From assembly GCA_963704165.1 (NCBI GenBank), contig CAVPHD010000012.1, forward strand, positions 128,001 to 192,000: a stretch of 64,000 bases of DNA, read 5' to 3'. This document shows positions 30,884 to 40,688 of this stretch, one piece after another (within the stretch, counting starts at the first letter, position 1; each line of letters begins with the position of its first letter). A program made the translations under genes and the position numbers. Source of the stretch: an uncultured delta proteobacterium. GTDB taxonomy: Bacteria; Myxococcota_A; UBA9160; SZUA-336. The notes beneath the pieces are model-generated. The model ran no database searches. It was not told where the DNA came from and was given only the letters and a program-made list of their open reading frames with translations.

Positions 30884-31615
30884 ATGCCCGCGAAGGAGAG
30901 CCCGCTCGAGCGCCTGGAACGCGAGATCCCCGCGTGCTCGGAGTGCCCGCGCCTCGCGGACTTCCTGGCCGATCTGCGCACGCGTCATCCCGAGTATTGG
31001 AATCGGCCGGTGCCCGGCTTCGGCGACCACTCCGCGACGCTCGCGATCGTCGGCCTCGCCCCGGGACTGCACGGTGCGAATCGCTCGGGCCGACCCTTCT
31101 TCCTCGACGCCTCGGGTGAATGGCTCTACGGAGAACTCGCACGTCGGCGGCTCTGGGACGGTGAGCGACTCGATGGTGTGTACATCGTGAACGCGGTGAA
31201 GTGCCTCCCGCCGGGAAACCGGCCGAGCTCCGACGAACAGACGCGCTGCCGGCCCTGGCTCGAGCGCGAACTCGGTTTGCTCGAACGCGTGCAGGTGGTG
31301 CTCGCGCTCGGCCGGATCGCGCACGAGGCCGTGCTTCGTAGCTGGCGCGTGCGTCCGCTCGCCCGCCATCCGTTCGCGCACGGACGCGTCGCGCGGGTGC
31401 CGGACCGGCCCACCCTCGTCTCGAGCTATCACCCCTCGAGACAGAACACGAACACGGGCGTGCTCACGCGCGCGATGTGGCGGGAGGTGTTCGCACGCGC
31501 GCTGCGAGTTGCCGCGAAGCGAAGAACGTCCACAGGATCACGGGCAGAATCCCCGCCGCGGCCGTCCGGTGCAGACCCTCGACGAAGCCGAGCGAGATCA
31601 GAAAGGGACGCGTGA
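30884..31615 (+). CDS. Uracil-DNA glycosylase, family 5 (UdgB-like, Fe-S)
   Basis: CSECPRL, GLAPGLHGANRSGRPF, NAVKCLPPGNRP and SYHPSRQNTNTG motifs. Confidence 0.92.
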   Translation: MPAKESPLERLEREIPACSECPRLADFLADLRTRHPEYWNRPVPGFGDHSATLAIVGLAPGLHGANRSGRPFFLDASGEWLYGELARRRLWDGERLDGVYIVNAVKCLPPGNRPSSDEQTRCRPWLERELGLLERVQVVLALGRIAHEAVLRSWRVRPLARHPFAHGRVARVPDRPTLVSSYHPSRQNTNTGVLTRAMWREVFARALRVAAKRRTSTGSRAESPPRPSGADPRRSRARSERDA

Positions 31616-32045
31616 CGGCGATGCCCCGGAGGGCTTCCCGTTCCCAACGTTCGACGTCGCTCATCAGCATCGCGACGCAGAGCAGGAAGACGAGCCCACC
31701 GCCGGCGAGCAACGCCACGCCGACATCGCGAGCACGGAGCCGTGGCGTCGCGAGCACGAGCGCGACGAAGAGGACGAGAACGAACGCGTGCTTGTGGTAC
31801 GGGCGCTCGAGCTTTCGCACGACCGCTCCGACGCGGAGATCGTAGACGTAGACGGAGGCGTCTCCCTTCCACTCGAAGCCGAGCGCGCGGGACTGCATCG
31901 CGCCTCCGGTGAGCGATGCGTTCGCAACGCGCGTCGCGCCCGACTCGATGAACGCGTAGACGGGCACGCTGGCGCAGAGCCAGACGAGCAGCCCGTAGAC
32001 GACGACGAAACGCGCGAGCAGCAGGAGCGCGAACCTAGAGTTCAT
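31464..32045 (-). CDS. Exosortase-associated membrane protein
   Basis: Four TM segments; overlaps the exosortase stop; LFVALVLATP motif similar to exosortase-like partner proteins. Confidence 0.6.
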   Translation of the reverse strand: MNSRFALLLLARFVVVYGLLVWLCASVPVYAFIESGATRVANASLTGGAMQSRALGFEWKGDASVYVYDLRVGAVVRKLERPYHKHAFVLVLFVALVLATPRLRARDVGVALLAGGGLVFLLCVAMLMSDVERWEREALRGIAVTRPFLISLGFVEGLHRTAAAGILPVILWTFFASRQLAARVRTPPATSRA

Positions 32046-32532
32046 CGGATACCGGCACGAACTGGATCCAGACGAGAAGCGTCGCGAGACACACCGCCGT
32101 GATGAAGGCCGGCCAGACGTAGACGTGAACGAGATCGAAGAGCCGTTCCGAGCTCGCGTTCAGCCAGCAGAGCGTGAGCACGCGCAGGAAGTTCACGAAG
32201 AATACGATCGCAAAGCCCGCGACGATCCCCTGCAGGCGCGCGCGCCAGGGCGCGGGAAAGACCAGCATCGCGGAGGCGAGAAAGATGCCGACGTCGATTC
32301 CCGTGCACGAGTTCACGATCTCGACCGCGCTCCCACCCAGGAACACGCGCTGTCCGACCACGCGCACGTTGTCGTGCACGAGTTCGAGCACGAAGCCGGA
32401 GGCCGAGGCGATCGCGAGTCTCACCGGCTCGAGGAGCGTGCGGTCGACGACCTCGAACAGGAGCACGTTCGAGAGCACGGCGACCAGCGCGATGTAGACG
32501 GCGGAGCGGAGCCAGAGTCCGCCTCGTCCCAC
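32035..32532 (-). CDS. Exosortase/archaeosortase family protein (XrtH-like)
   Basis: EIVNSCTG (Cys), VNFLRVLTL (Arg) and FDLVHVYVW (His) catalytic triad in a multi-TM protein. Confidence 0.85.
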   Translation of the reverse strand: MGRGGLWLRSAVYIALVAVLSNVLLFEVVDRTLLEPVRLAIASASGFVLELVHDNVRVVGQRVFLGGSAVEIVNSCTGIDVGIFLASAMLVFPAPWRARLQGIVAGFAIVFFVNFLRVLTLCWLNASSERLFDLVHVYVWPAFITAVCLATLLVWIQFVPVSDEL

Positions 32533-32611
32533 GTCCCTGCCCTCCTCGCATCGACTTATACCACCGTCGCGCGCTCTGTACCCCGCGTCGGCGCGGGGCT
32601 AGCATCCGCGA

Positions 32612-33874
32612 GTGACCGGACAGGAACTGCCACGGATCGTCGCTTCGGTGCCGGGACCACGCGCGCAGGCGTTGGCGCGAAGGCTCGCGCGGGTCGAGAA
32701 CCCCGAGGTCACGTTTCTCGCCGATCCGGGGCCGATCTTCTGGAGTCGCGGCGCGGGCGTGAACGTCTTCGATGCCGACGGCAATCGCTACGTCGATCTG
32801 CTCGCCGGATTCGGCGCCGCGGTGCTCGGGTACGCGCACCCGGAGCTCACGGCCGCGCTGGCGGCGCAGGCCGGCGAGCTCCAGCACGCGATGGGCGACG
32901 TGTACCCGGCCGTGCGCAAGGTCGAGCTGCTCGAGTCGCTCGTGCGCGTGCTGCCCGGCGGGCTCGGCGGGGTGATTCTCTCGGGATCGGGATCGGATGC
33001 GGTCGAATCCGCGCTGAAGACCGCGATGATCGCGACCGGCAGGCCCGGCGTCGTCGCGTTCGAAGGCGCATACCACGGACTCGGGCTCGGCGCGCTGGAC
33101 GCGACGCACCGAGCGGACTTCCGAACGGAGTTTCGCGGGAGGCTGGCCGGTCGGACGAGCTTCGTTCCCTACGGCGACGCCGAGGCCGCGCGCCGCGCTG
33201 CGCGCGAGAGCGACGCGGGCGCGATCCTCTTCGAACCGATCCAGGGCCGCGGCGGGCTCCGCTTTCCGCCCTCGGGCTTCGTCGCCGCGCTGCGCGAGAT
33301 CGCCGACGAGGTCGGCGCGCTCCTGATCGCGGACGAGGTCTACACCGGCATGGGTCGCACGGGCCGCTGGCTCGCTTGCGAACACGAAGGCGTCGTGCCC
33401 GACGTCGTCGCGCTCGGCAAGGCGCTCGGCGGGGGCCTTCCGCTCTCGGCCTGCGTCGGGCGACCCGAGGTGATGGGGCGCTGGCCCGCTTCGAGCGGCG
33501 AGGCCCTGCACACCAGCACTCACCTGGGAAATCCACTCTCGTGCGCGGCCGGTCTCGTCGTGCTGCGCGTGCTCGAACGCGACTCACTCTTGAAACGCGC
33601 CGAAGAGCTCGGCGCCCACTGGCTCGCAGAGCTTCGCGCGCGGCTCGCGCCCAGCCCGCACGTGCGCGAGGTTCGCGGACGCGGACTTCTTCTCGCCGTG
33701 GAGCTCGACGACGCGGGCCGAGCGCGCAGCGTCGTGTCGGGGTTGCTCCGGTCCGGATGGATCACGCTCGGAGAGGGCGCGGACGGGCGCACGCTCGCGC
33801 TGACGCCGCCCCTCACGATCGCGGAGCCGCTGCTCGAAGCGGCGACGGAAGCCCTGGCGGAGCAGCTCTCGTGA
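32612..33874 (+). CDS. Class III aminotransferase (GabT/ArgD-like)
   Basis: FEGAYHG, LFEPIQGRGG, IADEVYTGMGRTG and LGKALGGG motifs. Confidence 0.92.
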   Translation: MTGQELPRIVASVPGPRAQALARRLARVENPEVTFLADPGPIFWSRGAGVNVFDADGNRYVDLLAGFGAAVLGYAHPELTAALAAQAGELQHAMGDVYPAVRKVELLESLVRVLPGGLGGVILSGSGSDAVESALKTAMIATGRPGVVAFEGAYHGLGLGALDATHRADFRTEFRGRLAGRTSFVPYGDAEAARRAARESDAGAILFEPIQGRGGLRFPPSGFVAALREIADEVGALLIADEVYTGMGRTGRWLACEHEGVVPDVVALGKALGGGLPLSACVGRPEVMGRWPASSGEALHTSTHLGNPLSCAAGLVVLRVLERDSLLKRAEELGAHWLAELRARLAPSPHVREVRGRGLLLAVELDDAGRARSVVSGLLRSGWITLGEGADGRTLALTPPLTIAEPLLEAATEALAEQLS

Positions 33875-34959
33875 CACGTGCGGGAGTCGAGCGCGACGTT
33901 CTCGCTTGGATCGCGGAAGGTGTCGACGCACCCGTCGACGATGCGCGCTTCGAAGCGCTCGCGCTTCGGCTTTTTCGCTTGCAGTTCGAGCAGGGCGCGG
34001 CCTACCGTCGGCTCTGTGCGGCATTCGGGAGCGAGACCGGAGTCGTGGACTCGTGGAAGCGGATTCCCGCCGTGCCCACGGGCGCGTTCAAAGAGGCGCG
34101 GCTCGCGGCCTTTCCGGCCGACGCGACCGTGCGGGTGTTTCGCACGAGCGGCAGCACGACCGAGACGCGTGGCGCCCTTCACCTCGACACGCTCGCGCTC
34201 TACGACGCGTCGTTGCTCACGACGTTTCGCGCGTACATCTGCCCCGACGTCGAGCGGATCCGTTTCGTCGTGCTCGCGCCCGCGGCGGACGCGGTTCCCG
34301 ACTCCTCCCTCTCCTACATGTTCGCGCGCGCCGCGCGCGAGTTCGGCACGACGGACAGCCGGTTCTGGATGGGCGCGGACGGGCTCGATCTCGAATCGCT
34401 GGCCGCCGAGCTCGCCGGGTCCAGCGACCCGATCCTGCTCGCGGGCACGGCCTTCGCCTTCGTCCACCTGCTCGACTTCCTCGAGCTGCGCGGTGCCAGT
34501 CTCCGCTTGCCGGCCGGTACCCGCGTGATGGAGACGGGGGGCTTCAAGGGTCGATCGCGCGAGCTGACACGGGACGAGCTTCACGGTGCGATCACCTCGC
34601 GACTCGGCGTGCCGCGCGCGCGAATCGTCAACCAGTACGGAATGTGCGAGCTCGCGAGCCAGTTCTACGAGGCGAGCCTGCGCGCCGGTGCGGCCACCGA
34701 CGTGAAGTCCGTTCCGCCGTGGGTGCGCACGCGCGCCGTCGATCCAGCGACGCTGCTCGATGTTCCGGACGGAAAGCCCGGCGTGCTCGTCCACTACGAT
34801 CTCGCGAACACCGGCTCGGTGCTCGCGGTCATGACGTCGGATCTCGGGACGATCGTCGAGGGTGGCTTCCGGGTGCACGGCCGGCTTCGCGGCGCCGAAG
34901 CACGCGGCTGCTCGCTTGCGGCGGATGCGCTGCTCTCGAATTCGGGAGCGTCGCGATGA
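33871..34959 (+). CDS. LuxE-like acyl-protein synthetase (long-chain fatty acid activating)
   Basis: IPAVPTGAFKE, FRTSGST, SSLSYM, METGGFKGRSRE, NQYGMCELASQFY and GAEARGCS motifs; GTG overlaps the upstream stop. Confidence 0.85.
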   Translation: MTRAGVERDVLAWIAEGVDAPVDDARFEALALRLFRLQFEQGAAYRRLCAAFGSETGVVDSWKRIPAVPTGAFKEARLAAFPADATVRVFRTSGSTTETRGALHLDTLALYDASLLTTFRAYICPDVERIRFVVLAPAADAVPDSSLSYMFARAAREFGTTDSRFWMGADGLDLESLAAELAGSSDPILLAGTAFAFVHLLDFLELRGASLRLPAGTRVMETGGFKGRSRELTRDELHGAITSRLGVPRARIVNQYGMCELASQFYEASLRAGAATDVKSVPPWVRTRAVDPATLLDVPDGKPGVLVHYDLANTGSVLAVMTSDLGTIVEGGFRVHGRLRGAEARGCSLAADALLSNSGASR

Positions 34960-36122
34960 GGGATCTCGCCGAGCTCGCCGACGCGCGCGCCGCACTCGAT
35001 CCCGAGCGCACGATCGCGGCGCTGGCCGGCGCGTTCGAGCTCTGGCGCGCTCCGGAGTCGAAGTACCGCGCGCAGCTCTCACGCGAGCACCCGATCTTCT
35101 CGCCAGGGATGGTCGACTTCGGCATCCGGACCGCGCTCGCGGGCTGGACGGCGGACGCGCTGCGAGGACTTCGTTCGCGCGAGCTACCTGCGGTCTTCTC
35201 CGCTCCGCGCGTCACCGCGGTGTGGCTCGCCGGCTCGATCCCGCCCGCGGCGTTCTCGGCGATCGCCCTGCCCCTGCTCGCGGGCTCCGCGGTCTACGCG
35301 AAGCCTTCTGCGGCCGACCCCGTCTCGGCGCGCCTGTTCGCGGAGTCGCTGCGCGAGATCGACCCGGGAATCGCCGCGTGCCTGCGCATCGGCACGGACT
35401 CGAAGGCCCTCGACGAAGCGGACGCCGTGATGGCGCACGGAAGCGACGAGACGATCGCGGCGATTCGCGCGCGGGTTCCACTCGCGCGCCCGTTCTTCGG
35501 CTATGGCCACAAGCTCTCGCTCGCCTTCGTCGGTCCCGGCGTCGATCCCACGATCGCCGCACGTAGCCTCGCCCTCGACGTAGCGCTCTGGGATGGACGC
35601 GGCTGTCTCTCGCCGGCGTGGGCGCTCGTCAGCGATTCACCGCGCGGGCGCGCGGCCGAGCTGGCGCACGCGCTCGCGGCCGCGCTCGAAGAGCTCGACG
35701 AGTCGCTGCCGCGCGGAACCCTCGAGGCCGCGGAATTCGCGGAGCTTCTCGACCTTCGCGCTCGGGCCGCGGTGCGCGAAGGCACCCGTCTCGAGCTCGC
35801 CGCCGGAGCGTCGAGCTGGACCGTCGTGCTCGAGAGCTTCGAGGTCCGGCCGCCGGCCGGGATGCTCCGCTTCCTGTCGGTGATTCCGATCGACGGACGC
35901 GAAGGTCCGGCGCGGTTCGTCGCGTCTCTCGCACCCCATCTGTCCTGCGTCGGGCACGCCGGCTGCGGAGAGGACATCGCTCAGATCTACGCGGCCGCCG
36001 CCGATGCAGGCGCGTCTCGGCTCTGCCCGCTCGGCCGGATGCAGCTTCCGCCGCTCGACTGGAGCCACGATGGCCAGTCTCCGCTGCGGCCGCTGGTCCA
36101 CGCTCTCGACATCGAGAGCTGA
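34956..36122 (+). CDS. LuxC-like acyl-CoA reductase
   Basis: AHGSDETI, FGYGHKLS, DVALWDGRGCLSP (catalytic Cys) and RLCPLGRMQ..P..WSHDG motifs. Confidence 0.85.
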   Translation: MRDLAELADARAALDPERTIAALAGAFELWRAPESKYRAQLSREHPIFSPGMVDFGIRTALAGWTADALRGLRSRELPAVFSAPRVTAVWLAGSIPPAAFSAIALPLLAGSAVYAKPSAADPVSARLFAESLREIDPGIAACLRIGTDSKALDEADAVMAHGSDETIAAIRARVPLARPFFGYGHKLSLAFVGPGVDPTIAARSLALDVALWDGRGCLSPAWALVSDSPRGRAAELAHALAAALEELDESLPRGTLEAAEFAELLDLRARAAVREGTRLELAAGASSWTVVLESFEVRPPAGMLRFLSVIPIDGREGPARFVASLAPHLSCVGHAGCGEDIAQIYAAAADAGASRLCPLGRMQLPPLDWSHDGQSPLRPLVHALDIES

Positions 36123-36130
36123 ACCGCGCT

Positions 36131-37690
36131 TCAGCCTTCAAAGGGGAAGATGCTGGCGAACGAGACGCCGGTGAAGGCGGCCTGGAAGAGCGCGACCAGC
36201 CACGGGTTCGGCATCACCCGCGCGAGCCGCAGCGCGACGAACTCGAAGAAGACGAAGAAGAGCGCGATCGGCACGATGCCGAGCAGGATCACGAACGGAA
36301 GGAGACCCGAGAGCGCGCCGGCAGCGACAGCGACAAGTGTAAGACCCTTGCCGACCGCCGGGAGCCAGAGCCCCGTGCGACCGGAGCCGCGCAAGAGCCA
36401 CTCGGACGCGCCGAAGAACGGCAGCAGGAGCAGGGTCGCCGCGGCGCTCCAGACCAGACGATGCGGAGCCGGGAAGATGTTCCAGAACGGCGCGTTCAAG
36501 GTGCCGATCACGAGGTAGACGAGGCCGAAGAAGAGGCCGGCCGCGAGCCAGGTGCGCAGGTCGCCGAGACCGTCCATGCGAACCGCGCCGCGCGAGGCGC
36601 CGAACGCGAGAAGCAGTGCGCCGGCGAGCCCGAAGAAACCGAACAGGTCGCGCCCCGCTGCGAGCGGGATGAAGCCGAAGGGCCCGCGGGACGAGCTCGA
36701 ATCGAAACCGGACAAGAGCACGACCGCGCTCGCGAGCGCGAAGACGACGAGCGCGAGATTCGCAACCGGCCGCGCGAGACGCGGGAGCCCGACTCGGGGC
36801 GAGATCGACACCAATGCGTGCGGCGCGCCGAAGATCAGCACCAGCGCCGCGAGCAACCCGAGCCCGGAAAAGCGGAAGCGCGGATCGCCGCCCGGCGTCT
36901 CCGGCCGGCCGTGCCCCGGCCCGAGCGTGAGCGCGAGCCAATCGACGATGCGTCGCGCGGCCTCGGCCGAATAGAGGATCGTGATGTGATCGGTGCCCGC
37001 GACCTCGCTCATGCGCACGCCCGAGCCGTGCTCGATCTCGCCGTACGTCCGATCTTCGACCAGTTGCTCCTTGCCCGCGAGCTTCGCGGCGAGATCTCGA
37101 CCGCGCTTCCGAGTTCGATCGGGGTCGCCCGAAGCCCAGATGAAGAACGTGTTCGGCGACGCGAACGGCCCGCTGGCGTCGCGACCACCCGAGATCGGCA
37201 CGACGGCCGCGATACCGGGATCTCGCTGCGCGTGCGCGAGCACCGCAAAGGCACCCATCGAGTGACCGGCGAGCGCGATGCGCTGACCGTCGAAACGCGG
37301 CTGCGTGCGCGCGTAGAGCAGCGCGGCGTCGATATCCTGGCGCAGACCGAGACCGTCCGCGGTCGGCCCGAGCGGATTTCGATTTCCACCGTGACCGCGG
37401 AAGTCGATCGCGATCACCGCGTACCCCGCCTTGGCGATCCGCCGCGCGAGTGCGCTCGTCATCGCGGTGTTGCCGGCGAAGCCGTGACAGAGAACGACAA
37501 CGGGGGCCGGCGGGTCGAAGCTCGGCGATTGCCCGAACGGGAGCGGCTTCGACGGCTCCCAGACCACGGCGGGTACGCCACCGGGCAACTCCAGCGAGCT
37601 CCGCGCGATGTCGTTCGAGGCGAATCGCAGACCGATCAGTGACACCGCGAGAAGGACACCCGCGAGTGTGTAGACGCTCTTCGCGATCAC
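36131..37690 (-). CDS. Membrane-anchored alpha/beta hydrolase with C-terminal multi-TM domain
   Basis: CHGFAG, DFRGHG, GHSMG and DHITIL motifs; about 7 C-terminal TM helices; start GTG 37690 or ATG 37699. Confidence 0.8.
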   Translation of the reverse strand: MIAKSVYTLAGVLLAVSLIGLRFASNDIARSSLELPGGVPAVVWEPSKPLPFGQSPSFDPPAPVVVLCHGFAGNTAMTSALARRIAKAGYAVIAIDFRGHGGNRNPLGPTADGLGLRQDIDAALLYARTQPRFDGQRIALAGHSMGAFAVLAHAQRDPGIAAVVPISGGRDASGPFASPNTFFIWASGDPDRTRKRGRDLAAKLAGKEQLVEDRTYGEIEHGSGVRMSEVAGTDHITILYSAEAARRIVDWLALTLGPGHGRPETPGGDPRFRFSGLGLLAALVLIFGAPHALVSISPRVGLPRLARPVANLALVVFALASAVVLLSGFDSSSSRGPFGFIPLAAGRDLFGFFGLAGALLLAFGASRGAVRMDGLGDLRTWLAAGLFFGLVYLVIGTLNAPFWNIFPAPHRLVWSAAATLLLLPFFGASEWLLRGSGRTGLWLPAVGKGLTLVAVAAGALSGLLPFVILLGIVPIALFFVFFEFVALRLARVMPNPWLVALFQAAFTGVSFASIFPFEG

Positions 37691-37696
37691 GCGGCC

Positions 37697-37708
37697 CATG
37701 CTAGCATG
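37697..37708. promoter_or_regulatory. Palindrome CATGCTAGCATG giving overlapping -10 boxes (TAGCAT) for two divergent leaderless genes
   Basis: TAGCAT-6nt-ATG(37714) on + and TAGCAT-7nt-GTG(37690) on -. Confidence 0.55.
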
Positions 37709-37713
37709 CGCTC

Positions 37714-38787
37714 ATGCGAGTGGCCGAGATCGACACACCAGCACTCGTCGTCGACCTCGACCGGATGGAGCGGAACATCTCGGCGATGGCTCGTTTCTTC
37801 GCGTCGAAGCGCGCGAAGCTCCGGCCACACTTCAAGACACCGAAGTGCGCCGAGGTCGTGAGACGCCAGCTCGATGCGGGTGCGATCGGCGTGACGTGCG
37901 CGAAGCTCGGCGAGGCCGAGGCTCTCGCCGCCGCCGGAGTTCGCACGTCGGTGTTGATCGCGAACCAGCTGATCGGCGGGGCGAAGCTCGCACGGCTCGT
38001 CGCACTCGCACCCGCGCTGCCCGAGCTGATCGTGGCCGTGGACAGCGAGGCGCAGATCGACGCGCTCGACTCCGCGATCGCGGACTCGAAGGCGCGGATC
38101 GGCGTGCTGATCGAGGCCGACATCGGCATGCACCGCTGCGGCACGGACACGCCGGAAGAGAGCGTCTCGCTGGCGCGGCGAATCGAGAAGAGCCGCGCGA
38201 CGTACCGCGGGATCATGGGCTACGAGGGTCACGCGGTGCTCGTGCCCGACGCTGGCAAACGCAAGGAGCTGGCCGAGATCTCGATCGCGACGCTTCGGGC
38301 GCACGCCGACGCGCTGCGTGCCGCTGGACTCGCGCCCGAGATCGTGTCCGCGGGCGGAACCGGCACCTTCGAGCTCACCGGCAGCGCGGACTTCGTGACC
38401 GAGATCCAGGCGGGCAGCTACGTGTTCATGGACGGTCGGTATCGGGACGTGCGCACCGACTTCGAAACCGCTCTCACCCTACACACGACGGTGATCCGCC
38501 GTCGTGGCCGGCTTCTGATCACCGACGCGGGGGTGAAGTCCCTCTCGACCGACTTCGGCCTGCCGCGCGGCGCGGACCTGCCACTGGGCGTCGTCGGTCT
38601 GTCCGAAGAGCACGGTCACCTGCTGATCGACGAAGGAGCCGATCTCGCGCTGGCACCGGGCGACCGGATCCGGCTCCTGCCGAGCCACGGCGACACGACC
38701 ATCAACCTGCACGACCGGTACTACGCGGCCCGCGGAGACGACGTCGAAGCGGTCTGGTCGATCGTGGGCCGCGGGCGATTCGTCTAG
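37714..38787 (+). CDS. DSD1 / D-threonine aldolase family PLP enzyme (alanine racemase fold)
   Basis: DTPALVVDLD, LRPHFKTPK, MGYEGH, GGTGT, EIQAGSYVFMD and SEEHG motifs. Confidence 0.9.
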   Translation: MRVAEIDTPALVVDLDRMERNISAMARFFASKRAKLRPHFKTPKCAEVVRRQLDAGAIGVTCAKLGEAEALAAAGVRTSVLIANQLIGGAKLARLVALAPALPELIVAVDSEAQIDALDSAIADSKARIGVLIEADIGMHRCGTDTPEESVSLARRIEKSRATYRGIMGYEGHAVLVPDAGKRKELAEISIATLRAHADALRAAGLAPEIVSAGGTGTFELTGSADFVTEIQAGSYVFMDGRYRDVRTDFETALTLHTTVIRRRGRLLITDAGVKSLSTDFGLPRGADLPLGVVGLSEEHGHLLIDEGADLALAPGDRIRLLPSHGDTTINLHDRYYAARGDDVEAVWSIVGRGRFV

Positions 38788-38788
38788 G

Positions 38789-39705
38789 ATGGCGTCGAGA
38801 ATCGCCGTCACGGGTGCGAACAGCGCGCTCGGACGCGTGTTGATCGAGCGCGCGCTCGGACGCGCGGACGTCGAAGTCGCCGCGCTGGTGCGCTCCGCGA
38901 GCGCCGAGGCGGAGCTGCGGCGCTTCCGCCGGATCGGGTGAAGACCGTGCGGGTGGACTTCGGTGACGCGGCCGGGCTTCGCGAAGCCTGCGCGGGGGCG
39001 ACGTGCCTGGTGCACCTCGCCGGGATCCTGATCGAGTCGCGCACGACGCGCTACCGCGAGGCGAACGTCGAGACCACGCGCGCCGCGATCGGCGCCGCGC
39101 GCGCCTCGGGCGTCTCGAAGTTCGTCTTCGTCTCGGCGATCGGCGCCGATCCACGGTCGAGCAATCCGTACTGGCGAAGCAAGGGCGATGCCGAGACGCT
39201 CGTGCGCGCGTCGGGACTGTCCTACACGATTCTGCGTTGTCCTCTCCTGCTCGCCTGTGATGGCGCCGGCGTGCACGCGCTCGCGCGCGAGGTCGCCGCG
39301 CGGGTCGTTCCGCTACCGGGAGGTGGCGCGAACCTCGAACAGCCGCTCGACGCGCGCGACCTCGCCGACGGAACGCTGAATGCCGCGCTCTCGCCCACGT
39401 GCGCCCACGACGCCGTTCTCGACGTCGTCGGGCCGGAATCCCTGTCGATGCGCGAGCTCGTGCTTCGAGGCGCGCGACTCCGGAAGAAGTCCCCGGTCAT
39501 CGTCCCGGTTCCGGCGCGGCTCCTGCGCGTGGTCCTCGTGCTGCGCTCGCGGCTCCTCGGACCGGGATTCTCGCCGGAGGTGATCGACGTCATGCTCGCC
39601 GACACTCGACTCGACCCGGCGCCCGCCGCGAAGGCGCTCGGGATCTCGCTTCGATCGCTCGACGAGACGCTCGAACACAGCCTCGCGCTCGCGGACGCCG
39701 CGTGA
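38789..39705 (+). CDS. NAD(P)-dependent epimerase/dehydratase (NDUFA9-like atypical SDR); frameshift ~38930
   Basis: MASRIAVTGANSALG in one frame; HLAGIL, FVSAIGAD and YWRSKGDAE in the next. Confidence 0.8.
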
Positions 39706-40688
39706 GCGACGTTGCCGCCGCGAAGCGTTCACCGCTCTGGCAGCGAACGCTTCCCTGGCTGATCACCCTGATCTGCTTCGGCTTCCTCTGGACCCGAGTC
39801 GAGGGCGCGGCGGCGCGGGCTGGCCTCGACGTCGCCTCGTACATGGCGCGCATCCTGGCGTCGGTGCGCTGGGGGCCGTGGCTCGCGCTGATGGTGCCGT
39901 ACTCGCTGCTCTTCCTGTGCATCGACACGCTGGTGATCTGGCGTGTGATCCACTGGTTCAACGCGCCGGTGCGCATGCGCGACGTGCTTCCGATCCGGGC
40001 GTCGAGCTACATCCTGTCGATCGTCAACGAACAGGTCGGCAAGGGCGCGATCGCGGTCTACATGAATCGGCGTCATGGCATCCCGGGCTTCGAAGTCGGC
40101 TCGAGCATGCTCTTCATCATGTTCTGCGAGTTCTACTACCTGCTCGGCTGGGCGCTCTTCGGATACGCGCTGTCCCACGACTCGCTGCCGCCGATCTTCC
40201 GCGTGATCCCGCTGGTCGCGGTCGTCGCACTGGCTTTCTTCGCGCTCTGGTGCGCGTTCTTCCGCGGGCGTCTGGGCGCGGGCTCGACGCTCCGCGATCG
40301 CTCGATCCTGCGCGCGTTCCGGCTCGCGCGGCCGGCGCAGTACCTCGGCGTCATGCTCCTGCGTTCACCCGCGATGATCGCAGCCGTGGTCGTCTACACC
40401 GTCGCCGCGGGGCTCTTCGGCATCTCGGTCGAGCTGCGCACGATGCTGGGCTACCTGCCCGTGATCTTCTTCGGCGCGGCGATGCCGGGCCCCATGCGCA
40501 CGGTCGCGATCACGCTCTGGGTCGTGCTCTTTCCTGGCTACGAGGGCGAGGTGACGACCTTCGCGTTCCTGCAACACAACTTCTTCGTGTTCTTCAACGC
40601 GACGATCGGTCTGGTCTTCCTGCGCCGTGCCTACGCCGAGCTCTTCCTGGGATCGGACGCGACGCTCATGCACCCGCCATCATCATGA
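39702..40688 (+). CDS. Integral membrane protein, lysylphosphatidylglycerol synthase TM / flippase-like
   Basis: About 8 TM segments; RASSYILSIVNEQVGKG motif; GTG overlaps the upstream stop. Confidence 0.6.
   Translation: MSDVAAAKRSPLWQRTLPWLITLICFGFLWTRVEGAAARAGLDVASYMARILASVRWGPWLALMVPYSLLFLCIDTLVIWRVIHWFNAPVRMRDVLPIRASSYILSIVNEQVGKGAIAVYMNRRHGIPGFEVGSSMLFIMFCEFYYLLGWALFGYALSHDSLPPIFRVIPLVAVVALAFFALWCAFFRGRLGAGSTLRDRSILRAFRLARPAQYLGVMLLRSPAMIAAVVVYTVAAGLFGISVELRTMLGYLPVIFFGAAMPGPMRTVAITLWVVLFPGYEGEVTTFAFLQHNFFVFFNATIGLVFLRRAYAELFLGSDATLMHPPSS

Noticed and set aside
32125..33870. N-terminal extension making LuxE 944 aa
   Set aside because: Off-frame overlap with the aminotransferase; the real start is GTG 33871.
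33871..36122. Bioluminescence (lux) operon
   Set aside because: No luxA/luxB/luxD adjacent; the LLM gene at 10790-11632 is an F420-type enzyme more than 20 kb away.
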